A DNA stretch of 64,000 nucleotides from an uncultured Actinomycetota bacterium (GTDB lineage: Bacteria > Actinomycetota > Actinomycetes > Propionibacteriales > Nocardioidaceae). The notes under the pieces were generated by a model. That model worked only from the letters and a program-made list of their open reading frames with translations, was not told where the DNA came from and made no database searches. Made by a program: the position numbers and the translations under genes. The stretch is from assembly GCA_963838025.1 (NCBI GenBank), contig CAWIPF010000001.1:2751757-2815756 (forward strand). Reading direction: 5' to 3'. Of the stretch, positions 27,637-37,525 are shown piece after piece. The stretch's first letter is position 1. Every line of letters starts with the position of its first letter.

Positions 27637-30600
27637 GTGTCGCTCCTCTCGTCGTCCTCGGTCGCGCGGCGTCGGTGGCCCTCGACGTACTCGGTGAGCG
27701 CGACTCCGGTGGGCCTGCGCCCCGGCCTGATGTCGCAGGTCCCGAGCTTGGACTGGATGTGCACGTTCGGGTCCAGGGTCACGTTCATCAGGTCGTTCGC
27801 GGAGTCGCCGGCGGAGAGCCCGTTCCTCCCCCAGTGGTAGGGCAGCCCCACCTGCTCCACGACCCGGTCCCCCAGCCGCAGCGAGCGCAGCCTGTCGGTG
27901 ACGAGCACCCGGGCCTCGATCGCGGTGCGCGAGGTCACGATCGTGGCCCATCCTCCGTTCTCGAGCCCGCGCTCGGCGGCGAGCCGCGGCGACACCTCGC
28001 AGAACATCTCCGGCTGGAGCTCGGAGAGGTAGGGCAGGGTCCGGCTCATCCCGCCGGCGGTGTGGTGCTCGGTCAGCCGGTAGGTGGTGAACACGTAGGG
28101 GTAGGCCTGCGAGTACGACGGGTTGAGCGGGTTCGACGGCTGGTCCACCTTCTCGCGGGCGGGGTTGTTCTGCTGCCCGTAGAACGCGTTGTGGACCGGG
28201 GACTCGGCGGGCTCGTAGTGCGCCGGCAGCGGTCCGTCGGCGAGGCCGACCGGGACGTAGAGCCATGCCTTGCCGTCGGTCTGCATGATGAACGGGTCAC
28301 GGCCGCCGATCGCGTCCGGTCCCGTGGCGCCCTCTTCCGGCACGTGGTCCGGTGGCCGGTCCGCGATGAAGTCCGGCACGTCCTCGCCGACCCACTTCTG
28401 CTGGTCGGCGTCCCACCAGACGTACTTCTTGCGCTCGCTCCACGGCTTCCCGTCGGGGTCGGCCGACGCGCGGTTGTAGATGATCCGGCGGTTGGCCGGC
28501 CACACCCAGCCCCACTCCGGGGCCACGTAGCTCTGCTCCCAGTGCGGCTTGCGCCGGGCGGCCTGGTTGACCCCGTCGGCGTTGACGCCGCAGTAGATCC
28601 AGCAGCCGCACGACGTGGAGCCGTCGTCCTTCAGCTGGGTGTAGGACGACAGCGGGTCCCCGTCGGCGTCGTGGCCGTTGATCTCGGCCAGCACCGCCTG
28701 GCCGTCGGGCTCCTGGAGGGGCCCCTCGGTCGGGTAGTCCCAGGTGAGGTCCAGGAGCGGCCGGTCCATCTCGTCGTCGGAGCCGGCGAGCTTCTCCCTG
28801 ATCCGCTGGCCGAGCTCGTAGTAGAACTGCAGCTCGCTGCGCGCATCGCCCGGCGGCTCGACCGCCTTCGTCCGCCACTGCAGCATCCGCTGGGTGTTCG
28901 TGAACGAGCCGGCCTTCTCCACGTGCGAGGCGGCCGGCAGGAAGAACACCTCGGTGCCGATCGACTCCGTCGCCAGCTCACCGGTGGCGATCTCGGGCCC
29001 GTCCTTCCAGAACGTCGCGGACTCGATCATCGCCATGTCGCGCACGACCATCCAGTCCAGGTTGGCCATCCCGAGCCGCTGCATCTTGCCGTTGGCCGAC
29101 CCGACGGCGGGGTTCTCCCCGACCACGAAGTAGCCCTTGACCTTGCCCTCGATCTGTCCCACGACGGTCTCGTAGGTGCCGTGGTTCCCGGTCAGCCGAG
29201 GCAGGTAGTCGAAGCAGAAGTCGTTGTCGGGCGTGGCGGCGTCGCCCCAGTAGGCCTTCAGCAGACTCACCGTGTAGGACTTCATGTTGCCCCAGAAGCC
29301 GGTCTTGCCGGCGTCCTCGGCCACGAACGCGTCGAGGTCCTCGTGCTGGCGGGCGTGCGGCATCGGGATGTAGCCCGGAAGGATGTTGAACAGCGTGGGG
29401 ATGTCCGTCGAGCCCTGGATGCTGGCGTGCCCGCGCAGCGCCATGATCCCGCCGCCCGGGCGACCGATGTTGCCGAGCAGCAGCTGCAGGATCGAGGCGG
29501 TGCGGATGTTCTGCACCCCCACGGTGTGCTGGGTCCAGCCCACCGCGTAGCAGAACGCGGAGGTGCGCTCCCGCCCGGAGTTCTCCGTCAGCGCCTCGGC
29601 GACCCGCTCGAACTGCTCGGGGCTGATCCCGCAGACCCGCTCGACGAGCTCCGGGGTGTAGCGGGCGAAGTGCCTCTTGAGGATCTGGTAGACGCACCGG
29701 GGGTGCTGCAGGGTCTCGTCGCGTTCGGGCTTCGCGGCCACCGAGGGGCCGCCGGACCCGGCGCGCTCGGACCTGGCGGTCTCGTGACCCTCCTGCTCCT
29801 TCCGGCCGCCCTTGCCCTTGTCCGGCCCGCCGGGCTGGTCGGGGTCGCGCTGGCCGGCGGCGGGTGCCTGCGGGGCGTTCTCGTACTGCCAGCTGCTGGG
29901 GTCGTACTTCCCGCTCTCCGCGTCGTAGCCGGAGAAGAGCCCGTCGAGGTCCTCGGTGTCGCGGAACTCCTCGCCGACGATCGCCGCCGCGTTGGTGTAG
30001 TTCACGACGTACTCGCGGAAGTCGAGCTCGTGGGTGAGCACGTAGTTGACCAGCGCGCCCAGGAACGCGATGTCGGTGCCGGCCCGGATCGGCACGTGGA
30101 CGTCGGCGACCGCCGACGTGCGGGTGAACCGCGGGTCGACGTGGATGATCGTCGCGCCGCGGCGCTTGGCCTCCATCACCCACTGGAACCCGACCGGGTG
30201 GCACTCGGCCATGTTCGAGCCCTCGATCAGGATGCAGTCAGCGTTGGCGAGGTCCTGCTGGAAGCTGGTGGCCCCTCCGCGGCCGAACGAGGTTCCCAGA
30301 CCGGGAACGGTGGAGGAGTGTCAAATGCGGGCCTGGTTCTCGACCTGGATCGCGCCCATCGCCGTGTAGAGCTTCTTCATGAGGTAGTTCTCCTCGTTGT
30401 CGAGGGTCGCTCCTCCGAGGCTGGCGATGCCCATGGTCCGCCGAAGACGCGTGCCGTCCTCGGCCTCCCACTCCCAGAACTGCTTGCGGGTCTTGATCAC
30501 CCGGTCCGCGATCATGTCCATCGCGGTGTCCAGGTCGAGGTCCTCCCAGTCGGTGCCGTAGGGGCGCCGGTAGCGCACCTTCGTCACCCGGCTCGCGGAG

Positions 30601-30890
30601 GTCACCAGCTGCTTGCTGGCACTGCCCTTGGGGCACAGCCGCCCCCGCGAGATCGGGCTGGCGGGGTCCCCCTCGATCTGGGTGACCTTCTCGTCCTTGA
30701 CGAAGACCTTCTGCGCGCAGCCGACCGCGCAGTACGGGCAGATCGAGTCGACGACCCTGTCGGCCTGGGAGGTGCGCGGCGCGAGCGACTCGCTGCGCGC
30801 CGACATCGAGGCCTGGCCCCGGCCGAGGAGGTCGTTCTCCCTTGCCTGTCGCAGCACCGGCCACGACCCGATGAAGGTGCGCACTCCCAC
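27633..30890 (-). CDS. fdhA: selenocysteine-containing formate dehydrogenase alpha subunit (Mo/W-bisPGD); in-frame UGA at 30323-30321
   Basis: Track ORFs 30321..30890 and 27633..30212 are in the same frame (offset 111 nt). Read-through gives VENQARI-U-HSSTVPGLGTSFGRGGAT, the conserved Sec active site. CPYCAVGC FeS motif near the N-terminus. Confidence 0.9.
30285..30320 (-). promoter_or_regulatory. candidate bacterial SECIS hairpin immediately 3' of the UGA
   Basis: Twelve nt after the UGA: GUUCCC-GGUCU-GGGAAC (30308-30292). The GGUCU apical loop resembles the E. coli fdhF SECIS loop. Confidence 0.5.
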
Positions 30891-31000
30891 GCGAGTCTCC
30901 GTCCTGCCGTCGATCGTCGACCCCAGGTATCCCCGGGCCGGTTCCTCAAACGTGGCACCACCCTAGCCCCGCCGTCCAGAGGCCGCCGTAGAGTGCGCGC

Positions 31001-31095
31001 GGAGGCGTTTCTCGTCTGGTGACGGGCGCGGTCCTCAAAACCGTAGGGGCCCAGCATCTGGGTCCGGCGGGTTCGATTCCCGTCCGCCTCCGCCA
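31001..31095 (+). tRNA. selC: tRNA-Sec (anticodon UCA)
   Basis: GGAGGCG acceptor pairs with CGCCTCC, followed by G-CCA. Anticodon loop CCUCAAA has UCA at 31035-37. Long variable arm (TAGGGGCCCAGCATCTGGGTCC), T-loop GGTTCGATTCC; 95 nt. Confidence 0.85.
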
Positions 31096-32387
31096 TCGAC
31101 CCCCTCCGGCCGACCGGGTCGGCCGCCCGGCCGCACCCCCAGCTGCGCGAGGGCCTCGTCGATCCCCGCCGCGAACACCGCCGCATCGGGGACGACCTCG
31201 GCGTCGGCGACCACGGTGAGGTTCAGCCGACCCGCGTAGGACAGCGCCCCGACGGCCAGCGCGAGGTTGCCCTGGACGGTGCCGACCTGGAACAGCTCGC
31301 GCACCGGCGCTCCGGCGAGGGCCAGCGGCCGCGTCGGACCGGGCACGTTGCTGAGCAGCAGGTTGACCAGCCGCTGCCGGAACATCACGTGCACCATCCA
31401 CCGCTGCAGGAGCCGCCCGTTCGGCTGGTACGGCGGCCGTGCCCGCTGCGCCGCGGTGGACCGCGCGATGGTCTCGAGGCGTGCCAGCGCGTCCGGCTCG
31501 TCGACCGGCACCGGCACCACCCGGACCCCGACCCGGTTGCCGCCCCGCTCGTCGGCGCGGCGCACGGAGGCGGCCACGGACACCTCGAGCACCAGGCCCG
31601 GCCGGAGCTCCCCCCGGCTCTCCAGCAGCCGCCGGGCGCCGCCCGCCATCGCGGCGAGCAGCACGTCGTTGACCTTCCCCCCGTGACCATGGGCGACCGC
31701 CCGGGCCGCCTCGAGGTCGGCGCGCAGCAGGACCAGCCGCCGGTGCGGGCCGACCGGCCGGTTGAAGGACACCGCCGGGGCCCGACCGCGCCGCACCATC
31801 GCCGCCGCCTGGGCCGGCCAGGCCCTCACCCGGCCGCCGCGGGTGCCCGGGGCGGACGGGACCGTCGACCCGGCGTCCGGCCCGGTGTCCGGCCCGGTGT
31901 CGAAGAGCGAGCCGAGCAGGGCGAGGGCCGCGACCCCGTCGGCGACCACGTGGTGCAGCCGGATCAGCAGGGCCACGCGGTCACCGTCCAGCCCGGACAG
32001 CAGCCACAGCTCCCACAAGGGCCGGTCCCGGTCCAGCGGCGGCTCGTTCAGCTCGCAGCAGACCGCGAGCAGGGCGGCCTCGTCCCCGGGCTCCGGGACG
32101 CGTCGGGCCCGCACGTGCCGCGCGATGTCGAAACCGTCGTCGTCGACCCAGGACGGGGGCCCCTGCCCCGGCCGGGTCAGGACCTGACGGAGCCGGGGGG
32201 CCCGGCGGGTGCGAGGCTCGACGTGCCGGCGGACCTCGTCCAGGAGCGGCTCCCCGGAGGCGTCGAGCAGCCCGGCCCCGTCGACCAGCGCGAGCGCGGC
32301 CACGTGCATCGGCAGGCCGTGCGTCTCGACCCGCAGGTTGCTCAGATCCAGCGGGCCGAGCCGGTCGGCCCGCGGCTCCACGGCCAT
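31035..32387 (-). CDS. wax ester synthase/diacylglycerol acyltransferase (WS/DGAT)
   Basis: HHVVADG active site and PLWELWLL motif. The 3' 61 nt run antisense through selC. Confidence 0.8.
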   Translation of the reverse strand: MAVEPRADRLGPLDLSNLRVETHGLPMHVAALALVDGAGLLDASGEPLLDEVRRHVEPRTRRAPRLRQVLTRPGQGPPSWVDDDGFDIARHVRARRVPEPGDEAALLAVCCELNEPPLDRDRPLWELWLLSGLDGDRVALLIRLHHVVADGVAALALLGSLFDTGPDTGPDAGSTVPSAPGTRGGRVRAWPAQAAAMVRRGRAPAVSFNRPVGPHRRLVLLRADLEAARAVAHGHGGKVNDVLLAAMAGGARRLLESRGELRPGLVLEVSVAASVRRADERGGNRVGVRVVPVPVDEPDALARLETIARSTAAQRARPPYQPNGRLLQRWMVHVMFRQRLVNLLLSNVPGPTRPLALAGAPVRELFQVGTVQGNLALAVGALSYAGRLNLTVVADAEVVPDAAVFAAGIDEALAQLGVRPGGRPGRPEGVDGGGGRESNPPDPDAGPLRF

Positions 32388-32567
32388 GGTCGCCTTCCCT
32401 CGCTCCGGGATCGCCCGTCCCGGACGCCGCTGCCAGCGATGATCGCGCCGCGCCCCCTCGGCCGGTCAGAGGCCAAGGTCCCGCGTGCCGGTGCGGCACG
32501 GGACCTTGGCCCCTTGTCCCCGGCTCGCGCGCGGCGTGCACTGGTCCGGACGGAGGGAGGCACGACC

Positions 32568-32981
32568 ATGCCCTACCTGAGGCCGCCGGCACTGACCCGG
32601 CGCGTGGTCAACCCGTTGATGAGACGGCTCCAGCCCCGCGGGGTGCGCAGCCTCACCGTGACCGGCCGGCGGACCGGTCGACGCCGCAGCGTCCCGGTGC
32701 TGCCCGTGCGGGTCGGGACGGGGCGCTACCTGGTCGCGCCGTACGGCGAGAGCGACTGGGTGCGCAACCTCCGCGCGGCGGGCGAGGGGGCGCTGGACGG
32801 CCACGGCAGCCACGAGCGCGTGCTCGCGCACGAGCTGCCGCCGGACCAGCGGGCCGACGTGATCGCGGCCTACCGCCGGGCCGCCGGACGCACCGTCGAC
32901 CGGTGCTTCCGGGCGCTGCCCGATCCCGCCTCGCACCCGGTCTTCGAGCTCGAGCACGTCGCCGAGCGGCACCGAGGCTGA
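32568..32981 (+). CDS. DUF385 / deazaflavin (F420)-dependent nitroreductase family protein
   Basis: 137 aa; LTVTGRRTGRRRSVPV..LVAPYGESDWVRNLRAAGEG is typical of the family. GGAGGGAGG RBS. Confidence 0.7.
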   Translation: MPYLRPPALTRRVVNPLMRRLQPRGVRSLTVTGRRTGRRRSVPVLPVRVGTGRYLVAPYGESDWVRNLRAAGEGALDGHGSHERVLAHELPPDQRADVIAAYRRAAGRTVDRCFRALPDPASHPVFELEHVAERHRG

Positions 32982-34348
32982 CCCCGCGGGGACACGGCGC
33001 TCCGGGTAGCCTGCGACGTGGCACGACCCGACCCGAGGAGCCCGCGCTGGACGACCCCCGCCGCCGCACGCCGAGGACCGACCGCGTCCTCGCCGACCCG
33101 GCCCTGCAGCTCGCCGGCACGCGCCTGGGCACGCACCGGGTGAAGCGGGCGGTCGGCGACGCGCTGGAGGCCTGCCGACGAGGGGAGGTCGACCCGGCCG
33201 ACGTCGCCGGCTACGCGCTCGGCCTGCTCCCGGAGCACGCCACCTCGCTGCGCCGGGTGCTCAACGCCACCGGGGTCGTGGTGCACACCAACCTCGGCCG
33301 GGCGCCGCTGTCCGACGCCGCGGTCGAGGCGGTCGCCCTGGCGTCCGGCCCCACGGACGTGGAGCTCGACCTGGGCACGGGTCGGCGCGGCCGCCGGGGC
33401 CAGGGAGCCCTGGCCGCGCTCGCGGCCGCGGTGCCCGACGCCGGCGGGGTGCACGTGGTCAACAACGGTGCGGCTGCGCTCGCCCTCGTGACCTGCGCGT
33501 TGGCGGCCGGCCGGTCCGTGGTGGTGGCCCGCGGCGAGATGGTCGAGATCGGCGACGGGTTCCGGATCCCCGAGCTGCTCGAGTCGATGGGGGCCCGGCT
33601 CCGTGAGGTGGGCACCACGAACCGGGTGCGGTTCGAGGACTACGCCGGCGCGGTCGACGAGACGACGGCGTTCGTGCTCAAGGTGCACCCCTCGAACTTC
33701 CGGGTGGAGGGTTTCACCTCGTCGGTGCCGCTCGCCGAGCTCGCCACGCTCGACGTGCCGCTCGTGCACGACATCGGCTCCGGCCTGCTCACGCCCCACC
33801 CGCGGCTGCCCGACGAGCCCGACGCCACCACCAGCCTGCGAGCCGGTGCGGACCTGGTCACGGCCTCGGGCGACAAGCTGCTCGGCGGCCCGCAGTGCGG
33901 GCTGATGCTCGGCACCGAGCCGCTGGTGACCCGGCTCCGCCGGCACCCCTTCGCCCGCGCGCTGCGCGTCGACAAGCTCACGCTCGCCGCGCTGGAGGCG
34001 ACCCTCACCGGGCCGACGCCGCCGGTCCACCTCGCGCTCGACGCCGACCCCGCGCACCTGCTGCGCCGGGCCGAGGCGGTGGTGGCCGCGCTCGGCGGAG
34101 CGGTGCCCGCCGAGGCGGTCCGGTCGGTGGCCGCGGTCGGCGGCGGCGGCGCCCCCGGCGTGGACCTGCCCAGCGCGGCGGTGGCCCTGCCGCCCGGCCT
34201 CGCGGCGCCGCTGCGGGCGGGTGCTCCCCCGGTGGTCGGCCGGCTCGTGGACGGCCGGCTGCTGCTGGACCTGGTCGGCGTGCCGGCCGCGTCCGACGGC
34301 GTCCTCGCGGACGCCGTACGCCGTGCGGCCGAGCGTCCGGAGGGCTGA
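32903..34348 (+). CDS. selA: L-seryl-tRNA(Sec) selenium transferase
   Basis: VLNATGVVVHTNLGRAPL, GDKLLGGPQCG (PLP lysine). The only canonical in-frame start is GTG 32903, which overlaps the upstream gene by 79 nt. Conserved SelA sequence begins near CTG 33047 (LDDPRRRTPRTDRVL). Confidence 0.85.
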   Translation: MLPGAARSRLAPGLRARARRRAAPRLTPRGHGAPGSLRRGTTRPEEPALDDPRRRTPRTDRVLADPALQLAGTRLGTHRVKRAVGDALEACRRGEVDPADVAGYALGLLPEHATSLRRVLNATGVVVHTNLGRAPLSDAAVEAVALASGPTDVELDLGTGRRGRRGQGALAALAAAVPDAGGVHVVNNGAAALALVTCALAAGRSVVVARGEMVEIGDGFRIPELLESMGARLREVGTTNRVRFEDYAGAVDETTAFVLKVHPSNFRVEGFTSSVPLAELATLDVPLVHDIGSGLLTPHPRLPDEPDATTSLRAGADLVTASGDKLLGGPQCGLMLGTEPLVTRLRRHPFARALRVDKLTLAALEATLTGPTPPVHLALDADPAHLLRRAEAVVAALGGAVPAEAVRSVAAVGGGGAPGVDLPSAAVALPPGLAAPLRAGAPPVVGRLVDGRLLLDLVGVPAASDGVLADAVRRAAERPEG

Positions 34349-34351
34349 GCC

Positions 34352-36091
34352 GTGCACGTCGTCGCCACCGCGGGCCATGTGGACCACGGCAAGTCCACGC
34401 TGGTGCGCGCGCTCACCGGCACCGACCCGGACCGGCTCGAGGAGGAGCACCGGCGGGGGCTGTCGATCCAGCTCGGCTACGCGTGGACCGCACTGCCCGG
34501 GGTGGGCGACGTCGCGTTCGTCGACGTGCCGGGGCACGAACGCTTCATCAGCACCACGCTGTCGGGGATGGGACCGGTCCCCGCGGTGCTGTTCGTGGTG
34601 GCCGCCGACGACCCGTGGATGCCGCAGTCGGCCGAGCACCTGGCGGCGCTGGACGCCCTGGGCGTGCGGCACGGCCTGCTGGCGGTGACGCGCTGCGACC
34701 TGGCCGACCCCGGGCCGGCACTGGCGCGGGCCCGCGAGGAGATCGGGCGGACCACGCTCGGCGACGTGCCCGCGGTGGCGGTCAGCGCGGTCACCGGGAC
34801 GGGGATGGACCGGCTCCGCGAGGAGCTCGCGCGGCTCGTCGGCGGGCTCGAGCCACCGGACGCGGACGCGGACGTCCGGCTGTGGGTGGACCGCAGCTTC
34901 GTGGTCCGCGGGACCGGCACGGTGGTGACCGGCACCCTCGCGGAGGGCACCGTGCGCACCGGCGACGTGCTGGCGCTCGGCGAGCACCGGCTCCGGGTCC
35001 GCGGCCTCGAGTCGCTGGAGCGCCCCGCCGCCGCGGTCACCGGCACCGCGCGGGTCGCGCTCAACCTCGGCGGGCGGACCCCCGAAGAGCTCGGCCGCGG
35101 GAGCGTGCTGGTCGCCCCGGGCGCCTGGCACCACACCACGCTGGTCGACGTCGCGCTCGGCGCGCCGGGACCGCTGCCCGAGCGCCCCCAGCTGCACGTG
35201 GGTGCGCTGGCGACGACCGTGCACGCCCGGCCGCTGGACGACCACCTGGTGCGGCTCGTGCTGCCCGCTCCGCTGCCGCTGCGGATCGGCGACCGGGCCC
35301 TGCTGCGCGACCCCGGCAGCCGTCAGGTGTGGGGGCTGCGGGTCCTCGACCCCGATCCTCCCTCGTTGCGCCGCCGCGGTGCCGGTGCGGCCCGGGCGAA
35401 GGCGCTCGCCGGCGCGGACGGCTCGCTCGCCTCGGAGCTCGAGCGCCGGGGCGTCGTACGACGGTCGCTGCTGCGCCGCATCGGGGTGCCGGTGACCGCC
35501 GTGCCCGACGGCGCGGTCGCGGCGGGCGACTGGCTGCTGGCACCGGGCCGGGCGACCGACCTGCGCCGGCAGCTGCACGAGCGGGTGCGGGCCACGATGT
35601 CGTCGGTGCACCCCGGTCTGCCGGTCGCGGCGGCGGCCCGGGCCCTCGGCCTGCCGTCGGAGGAGATCCTCGCCGGACTGGTCGGGCCTCCGCTGCGCAC
35701 CGCCGGCGGCCGGGTGCTGCTGGCCGGCGGCCCGACCCTGCCCGACCGGGTCGTGTCCGCCTGGGCACTGGTCCGCGACGACCTGGCTGCGGCACCGTTC
35801 GCGGCTCCGGACGCGAACCGGCTCGCCGCCCTCCACCTGGACAAGCGCGCCCTCGCCGCCCTCGAACGGGCCGGGGAGCTGCTCCGGCTCGACGCGGGGA
35901 CGGTGCTGCTTCCCGGAGCCGACGAGGAGGCCGCCCGGCTGCTCGCTGCCCTGCCGCAGCCGTTCACGACCAGCGAGGCCCGCCAGGCGCTCGGCACCAG
36001 CCGCCGCGTGGTGCTGCCGCTGCTGGCGCACCTCGACCGGCGCGGGCTGACCCTGCGGCTGCCGGACGACCGGCGGACGACCGACCGCTGA
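34352..36091 (+). CDS. selB: selenocysteine-specific elongation factor
   Basis: GHVDHGKSTLV, DVPGHERF, TRCD G-motifs, plus C-terminal winged-helix region. Confidence 0.9.
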   Translation: MHVVATAGHVDHGKSTLVRALTGTDPDRLEEEHRRGLSIQLGYAWTALPGVGDVAFVDVPGHERFISTTLSGMGPVPAVLFVVAADDPWMPQSAEHLAALDALGVRHGLLAVTRCDLADPGPALARAREEIGRTTLGDVPAVAVSAVTGTGMDRLREELARLVGGLEPPDADADVRLWVDRSFVVRGTGTVVTGTLAEGTVRTGDVLALGEHRLRVRGLESLERPAAAVTGTARVALNLGGRTPEELGRGSVLVAPGAWHHTTLVDVALGAPGPLPERPQLHVGALATTVHARPLDDHLVRLVLPAPLPLRIGDRALLRDPGSRQVWGLRVLDPDPPSLRRRGAGAARAKALAGADGSLASELERRGVVRRSLLRRIGVPVTAVPDGAVAAGDWLLAPGRATDLRRQLHERVRATMSSVHPGLPVAAAARALGLPSEEILAGLVGPPLRTAGGRVLLAGGPTLPDRVVSAWALVRDDLAAAPFAAPDANRLAALHLDKRALAALERAGELLRLDAGTVLLPGADEEAARLLAALPQPFTTSEARQALGTSRRVVLPLLAHLDRRGLTLRLPDDRRTTDR

Positions 36092-36115
36092 GCGGGAGAC
36101 CCGGGGCGGCCCCGG

Positions 36116-37525
36116 TCACTCCGCCGCGCCGTCGCGGGACCCGTCCGCGCTGTCCGACGCGGCCGGCGGCGGGACCGGCAGGTCGATCACCACCCGCCCG
36201 TGGTCCGCGCCCACGTCCACCCGCGCGGTGCCTCCGTGCGCCTCCGCCACCGCGCGGACGAGGGCCAGTCCCAGGCCGGACCCGGTGGTGGTGCGGCTGG
36301 CCTCGCCCCGCGTGAACCGCTCGAAGGCGCCGGCGACGAACTCCTCGGGGAATCCGGGCCCGGCGTCCTCCACGACCAGGCGCACCCGCTCGCCGACCAC
36401 CGACGCGGTGACGTCGACGGGTGCGGCTCCGTGCCGCAGGGCGTTGTCGACCAGGTTGGTCAGGGCCCGTTCGAGCCACAGCCGGTTGAGGCTCAGCACC
36501 GCCTGGTCGGAGTGTGAGCGGACCGCGTCCCCGGCCCGCCGGGTCGCCGTGGCGAAGCGGTCCACGACCGCGCCGACCAGCGCCGCGAGGTCGGTCGCGC
36601 CGCGCACCAGCCCGCCCTCGGCCCGCAGCTCCTCCAGGTCGAGCAGCGCGTTCGCGAGCTCGACCAGGCGCTCCACCTGGCCCTGCAAGGAGGTCAGCAC
36701 CGTGTGCACCTGCTCGTCGGAGCGGGGCCGCACCAGCGCCCACTCCAGCTCGGCGCGCATCAGGCTGAGCGGGCTGCGCAGCTCGTGGGAGGCGTCGGCG
36801 AGGAACTGCCGTTCCCGGAGGCCGCCGGCCTCCAGCCGGGCCAGCAGCCCGTTGAACGTGTGGCCCAGCCGGGTCAGCTCGTCGTCGCGGTCGGCGTCGA
36901 CCGGCAGCCGTCGGCCCAGGTCGTCGCCCACCTCGGCCACGGCCCGCCGGTAGCGCTCGACGGGGTCCAGTGCGGCGCGAGCCGTCCAGTAGCCGACGAA
37001 CGCGGCCGCCACCAGCGCCAGCAGGTCCGCGATGCTCAGCTGGAGCAACAGCTCGCGCAGCGCCTCGTCGTGCTTGCGCCGGCTGATCGCCGACACGACC
37101 ACGACCGGCCCGCGGGGCGAGTCGACCCGGGAGACCACGACCCGGTAGGCGTGCTCGGGCACCGGCAGGAACGACCCGACGTCGACCCGCTGCTCGCCGT
37201 CGCGGACGGCCCGGGCCCGCACCTCGGCGCCCACGAGCGGCTCGCCGGCGTGGTCGCCGAGGATCCGCCGCCCGCGTACGTCGTACACCTGGAAGGTCTC
37301 GCCGGGGGTGTCGCTCGGCGGTGTCGTGCCGGCGCGGACCGCCCGCTCGACCACCCGCTGGTAGGCGTCCAGGTCCTGGTTCAGCTGGCGGGTGAGCGCG
37401 AACTCGACACGCCAGTAGACGAACGCCGCCGCGACGGCGAGCACCGCGGCCATGGCCACGGCGGTGGCCAGGACCAGGCGCGTCACGATTGGCCGGTCGC
37501 CGACGAGCCGCTTCCAGAGCCTCAT
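36116..37525 (-). CDS. sensor histidine kinase (two TM segments, HAMP, HisKA, HATPase)
   Basis: H-box ADASHELRSPL, N-box LVDNALRH, G-box EDAGPGF...GSGLGL. ATGA overlap with the RR gene. Confidence 0.85.
   Translation of the reverse strand: MRLWKRLVGDRPIVTRLVLATAVAMAAVLAVAAAFVYWRVEFALTRQLNQDLDAYQRVVERAVRAGTTPPSDTPGETFQVYDVRGRRILGDHAGEPLVGAEVRARAVRDGEQRVDVGSFLPVPEHAYRVVVSRVDSPRGPVVVVSAISRRKHDEALRELLLQLSIADLLALVAAAFVGYWTARAALDPVERYRRAVAEVGDDLGRRLPVDADRDDELTRLGHTFNGLLARLEAGGLRERQFLADASHELRSPLSLMRAELEWALVRPRSDEQVHTVLTSLQGQVERLVELANALLDLEELRAEGGLVRGATDLAALVGAVVDRFATATRRAGDAVRSHSDQAVLSLNRLWLERALTNLVDNALRHGAAPVDVTASVVGERVRLVVEDAGPGFPEEFVAGAFERFTRGEASRTTTGSGLGLALVRAVAEAHGGTARVDVGADHGRVVIDLPVPPPAASDSADGSRDGAAE

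Noticed and set aside
30891-31000. Possible twin-arginine signal or regulatory element at the fdhA 5' end
   Set aside because: The N-terminus (MGVRTFIGSWPVLRQ..) lacks an S/T-R-R-x-F-L-K motif. I found no convincing promoter or palindrome in the fdhA-selC divergent spacer.
27675-31022. 1115-aa ORF on the + strand across the formate dehydrogenase region
   Set aside because: It is antisense to fdhA, whose FeS, Sec-site and molybdopterin motifs are unambiguous. The antisense product is Arg/Gly/Val/Pro low-complexity sequence.
32870-36031. 1053-aa ORF antisense to selA/selB
   Set aside because: Same reasoning: selA and selB carry diagnostic motifs on the + strand, and the minus-strand translation has none.
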